NCBI GenBank assembly: GCA_951406725.2
Contig: OX597830.1
Coordinates: forward strand, 26,660,001-26,724,000
Length of the DNA stretch: 64,000 nucleotides
Direction of reading: 5' to 3'
Source of the DNA: Octopus vulgaris
Lineage: Eukaryota
The notes below the pieces were generated by a model that was not told the DNA's origin, made no database searches, and saw only the letters and a list, made by a program, of their open reading frames with translations. A program made the position numbers and the translations under genes. Position 1 is the first letter of the stretch; each line of letters starts with the position of its first letter. Below are positions 1-14,068 of this stretch, one piece after another.

Positions 1-896
1 CATGCTTCTCATATTCTCGCAATAATCAAACTGCAAACGTGTGTGCTGAATGTACTGAACAATTCCATGTAATACAGTATTGCATTCCTCCCCCCTCCCA
101 GCGCTTCGGCAACAGACTGCACGATGTGAAGATCAAAATAATCCACACATCCTCAGGCATGCTCTGCATTAACTTTCCCTAAAGTATAAATGCCATTGTC
201 CCTACAGAAAAAAACACTCTTAAGGCGCCAGATTCCTTTGATCTATCCTCGACCTACGTTTGATCCGACGTTCCAGTTCTGTCGTCGAAAAGAGCTGAAC
301 AAATGCATTCTTCCTGAAAGAATGAGACTCCGGTAACTTTGCAACAGCCTTATTGTATCCCTGTGCATACGAAAAGAGAGGATGCAGAGTTTCCTGTAAC
401 CTGGGTGACAGCTAATTGAACTGTCTAACAAATTATAACTTTAAACCCAGTAATCCGCTGCTTTAATTTAGTCAAGCATACTTTTATTGAAAGAATGACA
501 GGAAAACGGTACGGTATCATCGAAGAGGTGTATTTATTAGATATTTTCACCAGTGCCTTCAGATTCTTTTTCTTGGCCTAATTCTGAGTAAATTTCCTTC
601 TCTCTGTCAGTTTTCCGGCCTAACTTCAAATACATGTTAGGAATGATTTAACAATCTTGGTTTCCAATTTTAAGCGAGCTACATAAGCTAAGTCAAATAT
701 ATCTGGCATAACAAATACCATACATGAGATAGACTACCTGTGATGACGGAGGGGTGAGTCAGGCATTATGAAACAGCCAGCAACATGGTTGGGTTTGCAA
801 TAAATTTTATTACCTGTATTTGTTACGTTGTCTTAGTGTCGTATGGTTTCCATTTGTCCATTTAGTAATAGTTATATGTTTATTACATTCATACAG

Positions 897-1127
897 AAAA
901 GTGTGCAGTAAGTGTAATTCATGGTGCAGTTCTTCCGGAAAGTACGATACGTTCTGAACGAGTCGTATCATTCATAGATTGTCTATCCACTTGTCATAAT
1001 GATCCCTGGTGCAAAACTGTCAACTACAACACAAAATCAAAGACGTGCCTCATGACTGATTATACAAGTAATAATGCCACAGTTAGCGTTACCCAAGACG
1101 ATTGGATTTTCGCTGAATTCAAACAGA
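897..1127 (+). CDS. Internal exon of PAN/Apple-domain gene 1 (5' part lies upstream of the window)
   Basis: tacag|AA...AGA|gtaagt, 231 nt, phase 1-1. Open frame KCAVSVIHGAVLPESTIRSERVVSFIDCLSTCHNDPWCKTVNYNTKSKTCLMTDYTSNNATVSVTQDDWIFAEFKQ shows the PAN pattern C..CxxxC....C..xNY......C. Same length and phase as exon 34764-34994. Confidence 0.85.
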
Positions 1128-1829
1128 GTAAGTCAACATTTATTTTTTTGTTCTTCCTCTGTGATTTATTGTTTTTACCGTTTCACTTTTAATAGATATG
1201 GCTGTGTGGTTAGCTGTTTCATTCGAGTATCTTCTTTTGTTAAATGTGCATTGGGGAAATAGCTTCTTTCCTCGCATCCTTTCAGAATAACAGGAATCTG
1301 TTGGATGAAAAATCAAATGGCTGTAACGAAAATACAAAAGCATTAAAAGCGAGCCCAAATTGAAATTAAAACTGAATAAAATAAATTAGGACGACTAAAA
1401 AGTAATTTCGTGTCTTCAAGCAATAGTCGACATCATGCTATGCATAGTTTACAAGCTAATAAAAGATTTCCTAGTGATCGACCAATCAACATAGAATTAA
1501 TGACTGAATGTTAAATTGTGTTTTATATGCCCATGGAAAAGAGGGAGTTTTATATGCCCATGAAAAAGAAGGAGTTTTCTAATCAGCATATTGGAGATTG
1601 CATACTTTACAAATTTGGTAAGTGCAATATATATATATATATATGTAAAGGAAAGCGTATGTAATTTATTAATTTACTCTAATGGTGTGCGTTCGGAAAT
1701 GCTAAATGTAGTTAAACAAATTTTAAAACCAGGGATTTCGATCTTTTGTATATTTATCGATCAGGAGGACTAACTGAGGATCCGTGTTAAAATATCGAGT
1801 ATTTATCCACAACGATTAATAAACCTTAA

Positions 1830-2200
1830 TCCACTGCGCAGTATCATCTCGAGCAAAATGGAAACGTGTATAGAGAAGGCAAGTGGGTACCTCATGAGTT
1901 TTGCCAAGAATAAAGCAGTGCTTTCAACAATATAACCCATGCAAAGATAAATTTAAATTTATTAGACTAGCAGTCTCTGCCTCAACATCCCTACTCACCA
2001 GATCGTGTCATCCTCAGAATTTCACTTATTCAGGTTACTTGAACGCATTCCCAGTAGAAGAACATTCAGAAACAAGGACGAAGTTGAAACAGTGCACCAA
2101 AATAGTTTTCTCTTCAACAAAACCTGATTTCTTTTTTAGAAAACCGGTTCCTGAATGGAAAAGTTCTATAGCTAAAAAGGCGATACCAGCATGAATGAAT
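1830..2200 (+). mobile_element. Highly decayed mariner transposase remnant
   Basis: GKWVPHE (ggcaagtgggtacctcatgag, ~1879) and PYSPD..SEFHLF (~1990-2030) motifs, with frameshifts. Confidence 0.6.
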
Positions 2201-2349
2201 AAATATATTTACGATATGGTTTATGCTGATATGAGTTCATTACATTTCAGTTCTCTCTGAACCACACTTGTTTGAAAGACCCTGGATGAAAGATGAAAGC
2301 GCACGGTAGATTATGCATAGTTACATGTGCAACTTCACATACCCTGAGC

Positions 2350-2838
2350 CTGTAATGACATGCATAAGATCTGGTCATCAAATCTAAGTAGAGACTTCAA
2401 ACTTGAAATATTCAAAGCCACAGTCGAACCAATTCTACTATATGGCTCAGAAACCTGGACGTTATCAAAGAAGCGTGAGAGGCGGTTGGATGGAACTTAC
2501 ACTCGCCTCCTTATGAGAGCTCAAAATCTCTCGTGGAAGCGCCATCCAACCAAAATGCAAATATATGGGAAACTACCACCTGTGTCATCTCTTGTGAAAG
2601 GTAGGAGAGTCCAGTTTGCTGGACATTGTTGTAGAGCTGAAAAAGAAGTAATTTCTACTCTTCTCCTCTGGAAGCCATCTACTCGCAATACCAGAGGGCG
2701 CACACTCTCCTACCCTGATGTAATCTCCAGGGATACAGGCATCCAGCAACAGGACCTCCGTAATGCTATGATGGACCGTGAAGTCTGGCGTAACATAGTA
2801 AATTCCATTGTCTCGACCACGGTCGAACAATGATGATG
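2350..2838 (+). mobile_element. 5'-truncated RTE-clade LINE (3' end)
   Basis: ORF 2360-2833 (LLYGSETWTL, FAGHCCR, AMMDREVWR) ends in a (TGA)n tail. 9-bp TSD accctgagc at 2341-2349 and 2839-2847. Confidence 0.85.
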
Positions 2839-3540
2839 ACCCTGAGCAGCAGACACGCGTGTCGATCATTGTAACAAAATAATTATGCTGGAATGACTAA
2901 CCGTAAAATTAAAATTAAAATTTGATGGTGTACTAGTCTCCGTACTCTTTACAAGTATTTGAAATCTAAACTCCTTATAAATTTCATAATTCAGGGACGT
3001 GAAACCAGAGTTGTCCGCTAGAAAAATTGTAGCATAATTGCTAACACTAAGCGATCATTGACGCTTTTCCATAACCTGATGAGGTTGGCTGTAATCTCGA
3101 GTATACCTGAGAGCTACCACAGTACCCACCTGGATAAATTCGTCTCTATGCCCCCACAGCATATATATACGTGTGTGCGTGCATGTGTGTGTATATTTGT
3201 ATGTATGTACGTATGTATGTATGTACCTTAATGATCCCAAGTTACGTTGTATTGATAAGATCCCAAAACAGCGAAATAAGTTTACCTGCAGGTACTAGGA
3301 CATCCAAAATGAGGGGAAAAAAGGAATTATAAGGAATTATTATTCCATATGTTTTCTCACTCATAAGAAAATGACCTCGTAGAAAAATAAAAAAGCAACA
3401 AAAAAAAAGATTATAAGCCCTGAGTGGTCCTTCCTCTTGATGGAAAATTCTCTCGCCATTCTATTCCTTACAAACTCACTTTCTCACTGTCTCTTACTCT
3501 GAAATCAACCGTAGGTGGCAGCGCCAACAGACACCAGTCA

Positions 3541-3694
<154 letters not shown>

Positions 3695-4499
3695 AGCAAA
3701 TCTACATATCTACGATGGAGTGATAAAATGAGAGAGGGGACACATAACAGCAGTATGTATTGAGAATTGTGTAAATGGACTTGATAGATTGCTGGGTGAT
3801 GTCTGAGAGAGATCACATTATTGTTGGCGATACAGCTTTCTGTTGTAGTTATATGACATGTGTTTGCGACTAAGTGACAAGTGATGACGATTCACTCCTG
3901 AACTGAAATAGACTCCCAGCCTCTGTGTCATGAATGGATATGTGGACCACTGCTAACGAAAGCTAAAGCTTCCTTCGACCACTACATAAAAAGTATTAAG
4001 AAAAAAATGTTATTTAGCTATACTTTTATTTTAGCTGTTTACACTATTTTACGCTTGTTTATAACCTTATACATTCAAAGTTCACAAATTTCCATATTTA
4101 AATTATAAATCATATTCTTTTCGATAATATCAATATGATTACAAAACTTCTTTGTAGATTTTATTTTCTGTTTGGTCGACACTAATTTCCAAATTACTGG
4201 AGTCCATTGCTTTACTCATAGTGACGTAAAACTGGTGGCGTGTAAACATCGAAGTGGGTAAAAACATACCTACACGATCTAAAGTCTGGCCCTCTGCTTT
4301 GTTTGCTTTGAATGCGCGAGTGGAATCTTTAGAGTTGCAAAAACATCAAACTAAGACTTACCTCTCACTGTTCTATGCAAATAATATCTGGATGTTCAGA
4401 CACCATGGGTTATTTTGATTGACCAAACTGATGTAAACAACAGCTGCTTCGATTAGCTGTTTCGAATCCTGCTCCAGACTGACACACTTATTTTCGCAA

Positions 4500-5248
<749 letters not shown>

Positions 5249-5431
5249 ATATTAGGGAGTATAACTCCAAACTTACAGGCAAAAATTCAATTTAGTATTA
5301 AATCAAATTTCTCAATATAAATATATAATATATATAAATTAGAGAAAAACCACTATTATGTAATTCAAACAATGATAGGCATAAACCAAATCATAAATAA
5401 AAAATAAAATATATTTTAAAACATATATGTA

Positions 5432-5514
<83 letters not shown>

Positions 5515-5581
5515 GAAAAGGTAGTTATGCATATATATGTGCGTGTAACGATATGAATAAATATGTTTTATTGATTTCTAG

Positions 5582-5674
5582 ATTATACCTTCGAAACATA
5601 TCGAGATGCAGATAATGCTGTAATACTTAAAAATTGTTATTCTGATAAATTTCGTAAGCTCTACTTCAAGACAG
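5582..5674 (+). CDS. Possible 93-nt symmetric linker exon of PAN gene 1
   Basis: ttgatttctag|AT...ACAG|gtaaat, phase 1-1, open frame (N)YTFETYRDADNAVILKNCYSDKFRKLYFKT. Fits between exons 897-1127 and 9731-9927 but has no homology support. Confidence 0.4.
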
Positions 5675-5812
5675 GTAAATACTGCTTCTTTTATCACTTA
5701 TGTTATCGACATAATCCTTTTGTCTGTCCTTGTTTGTCCCCTCTATTTAGCTCCCAGTGGACAATAAAGAAATAAGTATATATAACAGTTTACATAGCTG
5801 CGTATTTATCTC

Positions 5813-6208
5813 TCTCTATATAAAGTTGAAGTTGTGCTGTGTGTGGCAGGTTTGGTAGCCTTCAGCTAACACTGTCTCCTCCGAGACCCTGCGGCGCAAG
5901 TTGACCAAAATTGAGAGTGTGATAGAAGAAGGCTTGCTCTCCCTTCCGTATAAGAAAGAATACAAGTCGGACCATGTTAAAACCAAAAATTATTTACATC
6001 AAAAAGGTGCTTTTTATCTATGAAAATCCCTATTTTTTTACGATTTTTTCACTGCGACTGCTGTGTCGCCATTTTTCGGTGTATTTCAACCAGAAAAATG
6101 TTCACTTAAAGAGAATAACAAGTTACATCATTCAAAATTTTTACTTTTCAAAAATTTCAATTCTAAAGGGTCGAAACAAACCCGAGCAACGCCGGGGGAT
6201 ACTGCTAG
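5813..6208 (+). mobile_element. Non-autonomous Helitron (same family as 42456-42852)
   Basis: 5' TC..TATATAAAG; 3' hairpin CCCGAGCAACGCCGGG followed by CTAG|T. Near-identical copy at 42456. Confidence 0.75.
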
Positions 6209-6370
6209 TTTATTTTACATTGCAATCGGTGAGAAATCGTACAGTTGTTTGCAAGTATGCAGCTGGCACATCGGCGTTTCACTATATTCTGTTGCAACTG
6301 AAGCATAATTCTTGACACCAACACCGCCTGCACTATATAAATGAAAAGTGGTCTAGAAATTTATAAACTA

Positions 6371-6746
6371 CTAGCAGTATCGCCCGGCGTTGCTCAGGTT
6401 TGTAAGGGAAATAACTATAAAGCATTTTCAGAGAGTTATAGCCAAAAAATAGGAAAAAAATGATGGTAAATTTTTTTTTGAGAGTTAAAAAAGGATGGAG
6501 TTGCGTCCCCTAGACAGTTTGTGGTTCGTGTTTCTGATTCTCGACCCCATGTCGAATTTATCGAATTTTTTCAGAACTGGGGGAACTTTTCAAAATTTTG
6601 GCTGCGTTAGTTTTGAATTATGACATTGGGCTATGTGTGTGTCAAGTTTCATCAGAATCGGTTGAAAGCCGTGGTCAGGGTGAGGGTACAAGCAAACAGA
6701 CACACAGAAACACGCACAGACAAACTGTCGTTTATATATAGAGAGA
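6371..6746 (-). mobile_element. Non-autonomous Helitron
   Basis: + strand a|CTAGCAGTATCGCCCGGCGTTGCTC...tatatagagaga|t, i.e. TC...hairpin-CTAG on the - strand at an A^T site. Confidence 0.75.
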
Positions 6747-6849
6747 TGTTGGTTTTGAACGAACATACGAATGCTTTATCTTATTTTCAAATCACCTAAG
6801 CTATATTCGTTAAAACTAACGTATTCGTTCAAAACGAACATAGTATATA

Positions 6850-7430
6850 CTTTTCTGCTCTAGACACAAGGACCAAAATGTTTTGGGAGGTGGGTTCAGT
6901 CGATTATATCAACCCCAGTACGCAACTAGTACTTAATTTATCGACCCCGAAAGGATGAAAGGCAAAGTCGACCTCGACGGAATTTGAACTCAGAACGTAG
7001 ACGACGAAATACCTATTTCTTTACTACCCACAAGGGGCTAAACACAGAGGGGACAAACAAGGACAAACAATCGGATTAAGTCGATTATATCGATCCCAGT
7101 GCGTAACTGGTACTTATTTTATCGACCCCGAAAGGATGAAAGGCAAAGTCGACCTCGACGGAATTTGAACTCAGAACGTAGCGGCAGACGAAATACCTAT
7201 TTCTTTACTATCCACAAGAGGCTAAACACAGAAGGGACAAACAAGGACAAACAATCGGATTAAGTCGATTATATCGACTCCAGTGCGAAACTGGTACTTA
7301 TTTAATCGACCCCGAAAGGATGAAAGGTAAAGTCGACTTCGGCGGAATTTGAACTCAGAACGTAGCGGCAGACGAAATACCACTAAGCATTTCGCCCGGC
7401 GTGCTAACATTTCTGCCAGCTCTCCGCCTT
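6850..7430 (-). mobile_element. SINE family A (tRNA-like head; core gtcgactttgcctttcatcctttcggggtcgat), tandem partial triplication
   Basis: Three consecutive cores atcgaccccgaaaggatgaaagg.aaagtcgac at ~6940, ~7120 and ~7305; head at 7370-7430. Confidence 0.85.
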
Positions 7431-7439
7431 AAACGAACA

Positions 7440-8671
7440 TCTTTATATATATAAAACTGAGAATGTGTGTCTGTCTGTCTGTGTGTTTCCCTAAAACTTG
7501 AGAACTACACAACCAATTTCATTCATATTTTACACATGCCTTACTTAGGGTCCATGTAGTTTCATGGGCAAAACAAATGTTCAACTTCTTGCCTAGAGCA
7601 AGCCCATAGCAATATCATATCTTCTCCACTATTTCAGTATTACGTTTTAAAAGGGATACAAAAACATTTCTCTATTTTATGTCAGATACTTTCACTTTAA
7701 CAATAAAAATAATAATAACAATTGAATTATATGTAGTAAGTAATAGTTAAAATCAAACTAAAGTATAATATAATCGTAACATAACAAAAGTAAAAATAGC
7801 AATTGGTATAAAATTGTATCAATGACTTGAACTTGAATAAGTGGTTTCACATGAATGGGAATAAATTAAAAATAAAATTAGCGTGCAGAAATGGAATAGT
7901 CCAGATGGATAATAAAAAATTAAATTAAAGAAAAGGCTATTGTCTATAAAGTATACAATGTAGAGAAAAAAGATTTGAACACATGAAGGAAAGCACCTTC
8001 GAAAAGTGACTTGGTGCGACTATGAAAGATATCTAATCAGAGGCGGTAAATTCGCCACAATAGAAGCAAGGTTCGAGTCAACGGAGCGTGCAAGGGAGTA
8101 CTCGACTCGAACTTGCAAAGTGGAAATATTTTATTTTTACCTTTATATCTGGGACGTAGGACGTCCCGGAAAAAAATCTAAAATGCCCCCCACCCCCACC
8201 CCCGAAGTAGAGGTAGGCTGGATTGTAGCCACACTTCTATACAAGAGGCAGGACAAGATACATACAATTGATCGAAATTACAAGAGACGGGCTAACAATT
8301 CCAGTCTGTTATATATTTTGAGTATTGTTATCACTAGCGATATCAAGATATAACTTTGTATTTTGTATTTTATGTGTAGATGTATATATATATAGTTATC
8401 GCCATACTAATATGGCATTCTTATAAAAATAAGAATAAAGCTGTCCGCTTATTAGCTCTATGAGGCCATCGCCTTAAGTTAGCTATTTGATACACAAACT
8501 GTATCCATATATTTTCCGGGAACGCTGCCGCTGTTCTCTTTTAGAGAGACTTAGTAATTTTAATATTTCTATTATATATATATAGATGTACATGTAATAT
8601 GTACACATATATATACACATATATACATGTACTAGCACTATGACACGGCAACCACGGGTCTTTAATGCTAG
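7440..8671 (+). mobile_element. Helitron-like non-autonomous element (composite)
   Basis: Starts a|TCTTTATATATATAAAA followed by (tgtc)n and ends with hairpin gacacggcaaccacgggtc...CTAG|t. The interior is heterogeneous. Confidence 0.5.
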
Positions 8672-9730
8672 TAGTATATAAATCTCTTGACCACTTTTCT
8701 TATTAAACACTAAATTCTCGGATTCTGCTTAATGTTGTCGCTAGTGGTAAACCGAGATAATTTTTCACCCAGCAAATGAAATTGGTACCGGTGACAATGT
8801 TGTACAGACTGATCGATCTGAGAATCTTTCTTCTTCTTTACCGCTGTCTCTCACATACACACATACGGAACAGTACATTAAATATACATACATACATACA
8901 TACATACATACATACATACATGCACGCATAAATACAAATATGTACGTATGTATATTAAGATTCTAGTGAATAAGGCACCGGATTAGGTCAGAATTAAAAT
9001 GCATACACAGTAATTTTTGACGAATACCAACATTTGTACAGAAGTACTGGCAGAAGGATTTTCAGATTAAGTATACAATCAATTGAACCAAACTAAGTAT
9101 ATCATCAGACCTTGGGATTATTCAAAAACGCACATTATATTAAATATACGGTCCATAATATACTTCGGAACACGCGAAGGGCAGGTTCCAAGGGAGGTGA
9201 ATAATAAATCAATAAATAACAAACGATGGCTAGGTGTCAATACATTACAGCTGTTTCCAACGAATTTTTTAATTGATTAATGAATTAATTATTGAATACA
9301 CGTATTTTGCAATTAATGATATTTAAAAAAATTTTTTTTTCAATTCTCGACATGCGCATTCTCAGTGATTACACGGTCGACGCTTACCGTAGAATGAGTT
9401 TGTTAAATCAAAACAAAGCAAGTTCAAATGGTTTTGTAGGAAGGTACATCACCACGACATACATGGGGGTGGGGTATATTTAAGATTTATAGTCACAAAG
9501 GGAGTTCGTCTGCATGGTAGGGGGATAGGAAAACGGACTGCCGGACGTCCCCTCCCCACGATTAAGAAAGAGGAAGTTCGTTTATTCTTAAGATGCAATT
9601 CAACTAGAGGTGCAGTGTTAAAGGCGAAAGACATGGTTCACAATGATTTATAAATATATCTATTTAAGATTATTATATATGCGAAAGATAGAATCTTAAC
9701 ATCTTTTTGTTTTACATTTTATTTTCACAG

Positions 9731-9927
9731 AGAAAGCGATAACTTCTGCCATACAGTCCGACAGGTTTACAAGGTCATTGAACTCATACACCTTCTCAAA
9801 AACCTATAAACGCGTAACTGCTTCATCAAGACTTGCTTGCGCTGCCAGATGTAACATTGCTTCGCGGTGTTTAGCCTTCCAATATGAAAACAAGAAGAAT
9901 GGGTGTCACATCTTCAGATTGTATTGA
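9731..9927 (+). CDS. Terminal coding exon of PAN/Apple-domain gene 1
   Basis: ttttattttcacag|AG, phase 1. KAITSAIQSDRFTRSLNSYTFSKTYKRVTASSRLACAARCNIASRCLAFQYENKKNGCHIFRLY* (TGA 9925-9927) has the PAN motif S..CAAxC....C.AF.Y....C, parallel to exon 38514-38704. AATAAA at 10361. Confidence 0.85.
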
Positions 9928-11032
9928 AACTTTATTTTTTTTTTAATCCGCCTGCTTCTGAACTTGCAACATTGCCATCAATCTTTTGTATCTCATGTGT
10001 CAGCTGAAATTTATAGTCACATCCGGTTTATTATAACTTACCGCTTTTCACAAATATTGTTATTCATCCTTGCACTAAGAAACGATTATGGTTGTTTTCA
10101 GCAAACCTTTTACAAACGGGTGTATTCAGTAACTGTCTGGTGCTGACATTAGCTTTCTTCTTTTGCTTATTTATCAACTACGGTGATTTTCAAACAGTAG
10201 TGTGGCCCAAGTGGTATTAAGATGCATCATCGATTTTTAATAATATATTTGAATGTTTAAAACAATTAATATTATTACAGGGAAACTCACAATTTACAAT
10301 TTTCTTTCATGTAATCAATTTTCATCTGTATTTTACAATTTCTGTATTTTGAATTTAAAAAATAAAATTCATTCTGCTTCTTTTCGACTTTCCATGCGAT
10401 GGCATGACCATTCATTCCTTCTGGCCTACATTGTAATTATATTTCATTCTATTATTGTATCAAACTCGGCTTTAGCTTTTGAATTTGCTTCGGGAATTTT
10501 ACATGTATCCATGTTTCATTCGAAAGTGAGATGCAGTTTCAAACCGAACAAAAGAAAGTCAGAGCTTTAATAATATTCATAATTTTCTTTAGATGTTTCT
10601 TCTTTTACATTTTTCTCTTTTTGCCAACCTTCGCACTCACTTTCCTCCCCTTGTCCTCCCTTTTGTATTTACTCCAGACATATTTTCACTCACTTTCACC
10701 CACAACTTTCACTCACCTTCAAAAGAAGAGATATCTACGAAACAATATAATTATTTGCTGTTCAACACATGATCATCAATATATATTTATGAAAACTTCA
10801 TAACTATGTGCACAATATCTTATGTGAATTGATATATTGCATCTTTTAATCAGTATTACTGTATTCATGTGTGTATATCTCAATAAAATTTACAATCCAC
10901 AACATTGTTTGCCGGTATTTCTTGCGATACGTATGTGAAGTATTCACGTGTATAATATATTTTATGCATATATATGTATATGCATATATACATATAATAT
11001 ATTTTATGCATATATACTTATAATATATTTTA

Positions 11033-11074
<42 letters not shown>

Positions 11075-11095
11075 TGTGTGTGTATGTATGTATGT

Positions 11096-11650
11096 GCCAG
11101 GCCACTTTCGAGTGCTACTGGTAACATGTAACCCAGTACAACCTATTGCATGGTCGGGTCGTCGGCGACTAAACCGGCAACCCCACCAAGCTTACTTGGT
11201 GAGGAGGGTGTTTATTGGACACCCTGCGGGATGAAAAGCAAAACCCGTCAAAGGGCGGAGGAACTCTTGAGAGTCAACGGCCATCCAATAAATGTCTTAA
11301 GGCTGTATCATGCGCGGGGACATAGAAATAATTGGACTGAATATCCGATCGCGCGGTTAAACCATTGGGAGCGAAGAAATCCTAGCCTTTGTTAGGGCAT
11401 TCCTCTAGGAGAAGGTAACTCAGGTAACTGGGATAACTCCGACATAAAACCTGCGGCTCAGTGGTTACCGATGATGTTGACTTGTTCTTCTTTTCGGAAT
11501 ATGGCTGCTGTTGCTTAGTGAGTGTGATTGACTCAGTGCACAGCCTTTCCTCACTTTAAAAAAATCTTCTTGTACAGGCATTGCACGATAACAACATTGA
11601 TTAAGCTTCGTGCAATGGCCATACTCGATAACGAGGGGCAGCCACCATGC
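11096..11650 (+). mobile_element. Probable LINE (RTE-like) 5'-UTR-derived repeat embedded in (ATGT)n
   Basis: GC-richer block with aaaacccgtcaaagggcggaggaactc and ggcattcctctaggagaaggtaactc motifs and no long ORF. Family call is recalled, not searched. Confidence 0.4.
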
Positions 11651-11950
11651 ATGAATGAATGTATGTATGTATGTATGTATGTATGTATGTATGTATGTAT
11701 GTATGTATGTATGTGTGTGTGTTGTGAAAGGATTCCAATCCCCTCCTACATGTGACTAAAAGTGGACTGAGACATTCCTATTAAATAGACAACTGTCTAG
11801 TCATCAGCAGTTGGGGTTGGTAGCAGTTCACTATGAGCCGTGATTAAGAACGTGAGTTTCGGGTAATAGTAATCGTTTTGCGATGTGTAATTACTCTCTT
11901 CCCCACCCTGCTTCGTTATATTATATATCCCACATACACGGATATAAAAC

Positions 11951-12000
<50 letters not shown>

Positions 12001-12003
<3 letters not shown>

Positions 12004-12721
12004 ATAAAACGGTAAGATAACAAAAGAAAGAAAGAGACCTCAATATTATGTAAATAGAGGAAATTTATCTATACAATAATATGTTACATTACTCGGTAGT
12101 CAAGATAAAACTCTGAGTTTCAGATGCCGAAGTGGAAATCCACAACACCATCTCTTCGGTTATCTGGCTATTTGAAAACGCTATGAAAAAATACCGTTAA
12201 ATAAAGGGAAATTACTGTGTTATAACTCTGCTTGCCTGCGTACTTATATATCGCTCGCATTTTTCGTCATAAAAATTATATAAAAATACATAAAAAATAT
12301 ATAAAAATATATAAAAATATATAAATTCTTCTTGGAACATAACATAGAAAGCATGTTCTATCTGTTTTCTTTAGGGAACCAAAAACGTAACAGAAATTTA
12401 GTCACATGTGGGCATGATCCGAAAAGCTCTGTCCTTGTATTTAGACATGTAGTAGGGTCTAAGCTGCTTTTCCAGATAAGCCATCTCTCCATGTCGCATA
12501 GACCGCACCTTCCGCTGCCGTTGGTATGGGGCTTACATCTGGCCAAAATCTTCCATTGTATGTTATAATCGACACCTTTATCTCTTAAAGACCAAATATG
12601 ATTAGATAATTGTGTCGCTTTTCTTTTGTTCCAGTGCCTAAAGCTCAAAGTGTGGTTATTGAACCTGGCCTTGAAATTACCCTCAGAGTTTTATCTTGAC
12701 TACCGAGTAATGTAACATATT

Positions 12722-12728
<7 letters not shown>
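12001..12728 (-). mobile_element. Penelope-like element 3' fragment: GIY-YIG C-terminus, pseudo-LTR and inverted partial pLTR
   Basis: ORF 12358-12648 (TQLSNHIWSLRDKGVDYNIQWKIL..CGLCDMERWLI..LNTRTELFGSCPH). 12682-12728 is the inverted copy of 12070-12117. Flanked by (TA)n on both sides. Confidence 0.85.
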
Positions 12729-12784
<56 letters not shown>

Positions 12785-13459
12785 GTATGTGTGTATGTAT
12801 GTATGTATGTATGTATGTGTGTATGTATGTATGTATAAAAAGCACACAAGAGAAGTGAGGTGAGAAAGTAGATGTTTATTATATTCGTTTACAGCTGTTT
12901 CATAATACAAAGGAAGAATCAATATTTAAATATAGATAAGTACAGTAAGAAAAATGGAAACAGATCAAAAGAAATGTCATATAATCAGAAGAATAGAAGT
13001 TTCTCAAAGGAAGATATGGAGACTAAGATAGAACTAATTACCAAAGTATGTTTATCTTTCTTGCATGCCACCTTCTTTATCAAACCTAATTTATTGTTCT
13101 GATTATTATTATTTTTTTTTTAGATTTCTTTTTACTGTATTCATAATAATCTCCTTCCTCCTCTGAATTCGTATTCCCTGAAAGTAAATAATAAATAGCA
13201 GCATGATGAGTACATCTATTGCCTACAGATATATACAAAAGACTTGGTCAGGTAGGGATACAGTAGTTGATACCTGGCGAATGTAACCAGCAGAGAGACT
13301 GAATCAAAAACTTGGGGCTGGAAAGGGAACTTGTAAAGAAGAGAGCGATATTGGTGCCCTATTCATATATATATATATACAGTAACAAAATAATAAATAA
13401 AACATATGCATATATACATACATATATGTACGTACCTACATCTATATGTATATATGCAT

Positions 13460-13790
13460 GCATATATGGGTAGAGGACACCAAAAAAACGTCGAACACAA
13501 TGAGAAACGAAAACATAAAAACAAAACCGAGGAAACGGACATTTTTTTAAACAACGAAAAAACAGAGTAAAAGACATACAACACAAGGAAAATTCCCCTT
13601 CTTCAGACGCCTCTGTTTCGTCTACTCCGTGTTTCGAAGGTAAAGGCGAGACACGACTTCATGGAAACAATCCTTCCAGCAAAGCAAATTAAATAAAATT
13701 TGAGATTTTTTGCGGAGGGGTAAAAGTGGTAACAAAAACAGGGTTTAGCCAAATGAACTGACAACAGTACTTGTATTTTAATCGCAGTAC
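13460..13790. repeat. Dispersed repeat, second copy at ~40480-40850 (probably Penelope-derived)
   Basis: Shared block tctactccg.gttt.cgaaggta..acaatccttc..gcaaagcaaat.aaataaaatttg.gattttttgcggag. Confidence 0.6.
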
Positions 13791-14035
13791 TCAATGTGTG
13801 ATGTGTAAATAAGCAAGCCTGATAAGTCCTTCAAGAGAGAAAGAGATGAAGGGGGAGAAACAGACAGACAGACAGACAGACAGACAGACTGAGATATGGT
13901 AGTCTCTGGGGTCTGAGACGGAAGATTCTGTGGTATCTTGCTGAACAACATTCAGAAACTGTTTGTTTACGGTGCTCAAATGTTCGTTCTGCACATTAGC
14001 TCACTTCCTCCATAAATCAATACTAAAGCATAAAA

Positions 14036-14068
<33 letters not shown>

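Noticed and set aside
1-182. Cys-containing + frame (CFSYSRNNQTANVCAEC...) as an upstream PAN exon
   Set aside because: It runs into a stop with no convincing phase-1 donor, and the Cys spacing does not fit.
220-360. Possible - strand terminal exon (GYNKAVAKLPESHSFRKNAFVQLFSTTELERRIKRRSRIDQRNLAP*) after a good acceptor
   Set aside because: No partner exons or recognisable homology, and it lies antisense within the presumed intron of PAN gene 1.
1196-1290. Alternative hydrophobic terminal exon just after 1127
   Set aside because: The paralogy-supported terminal exon is 9731-9927, and nothing else supports this one.
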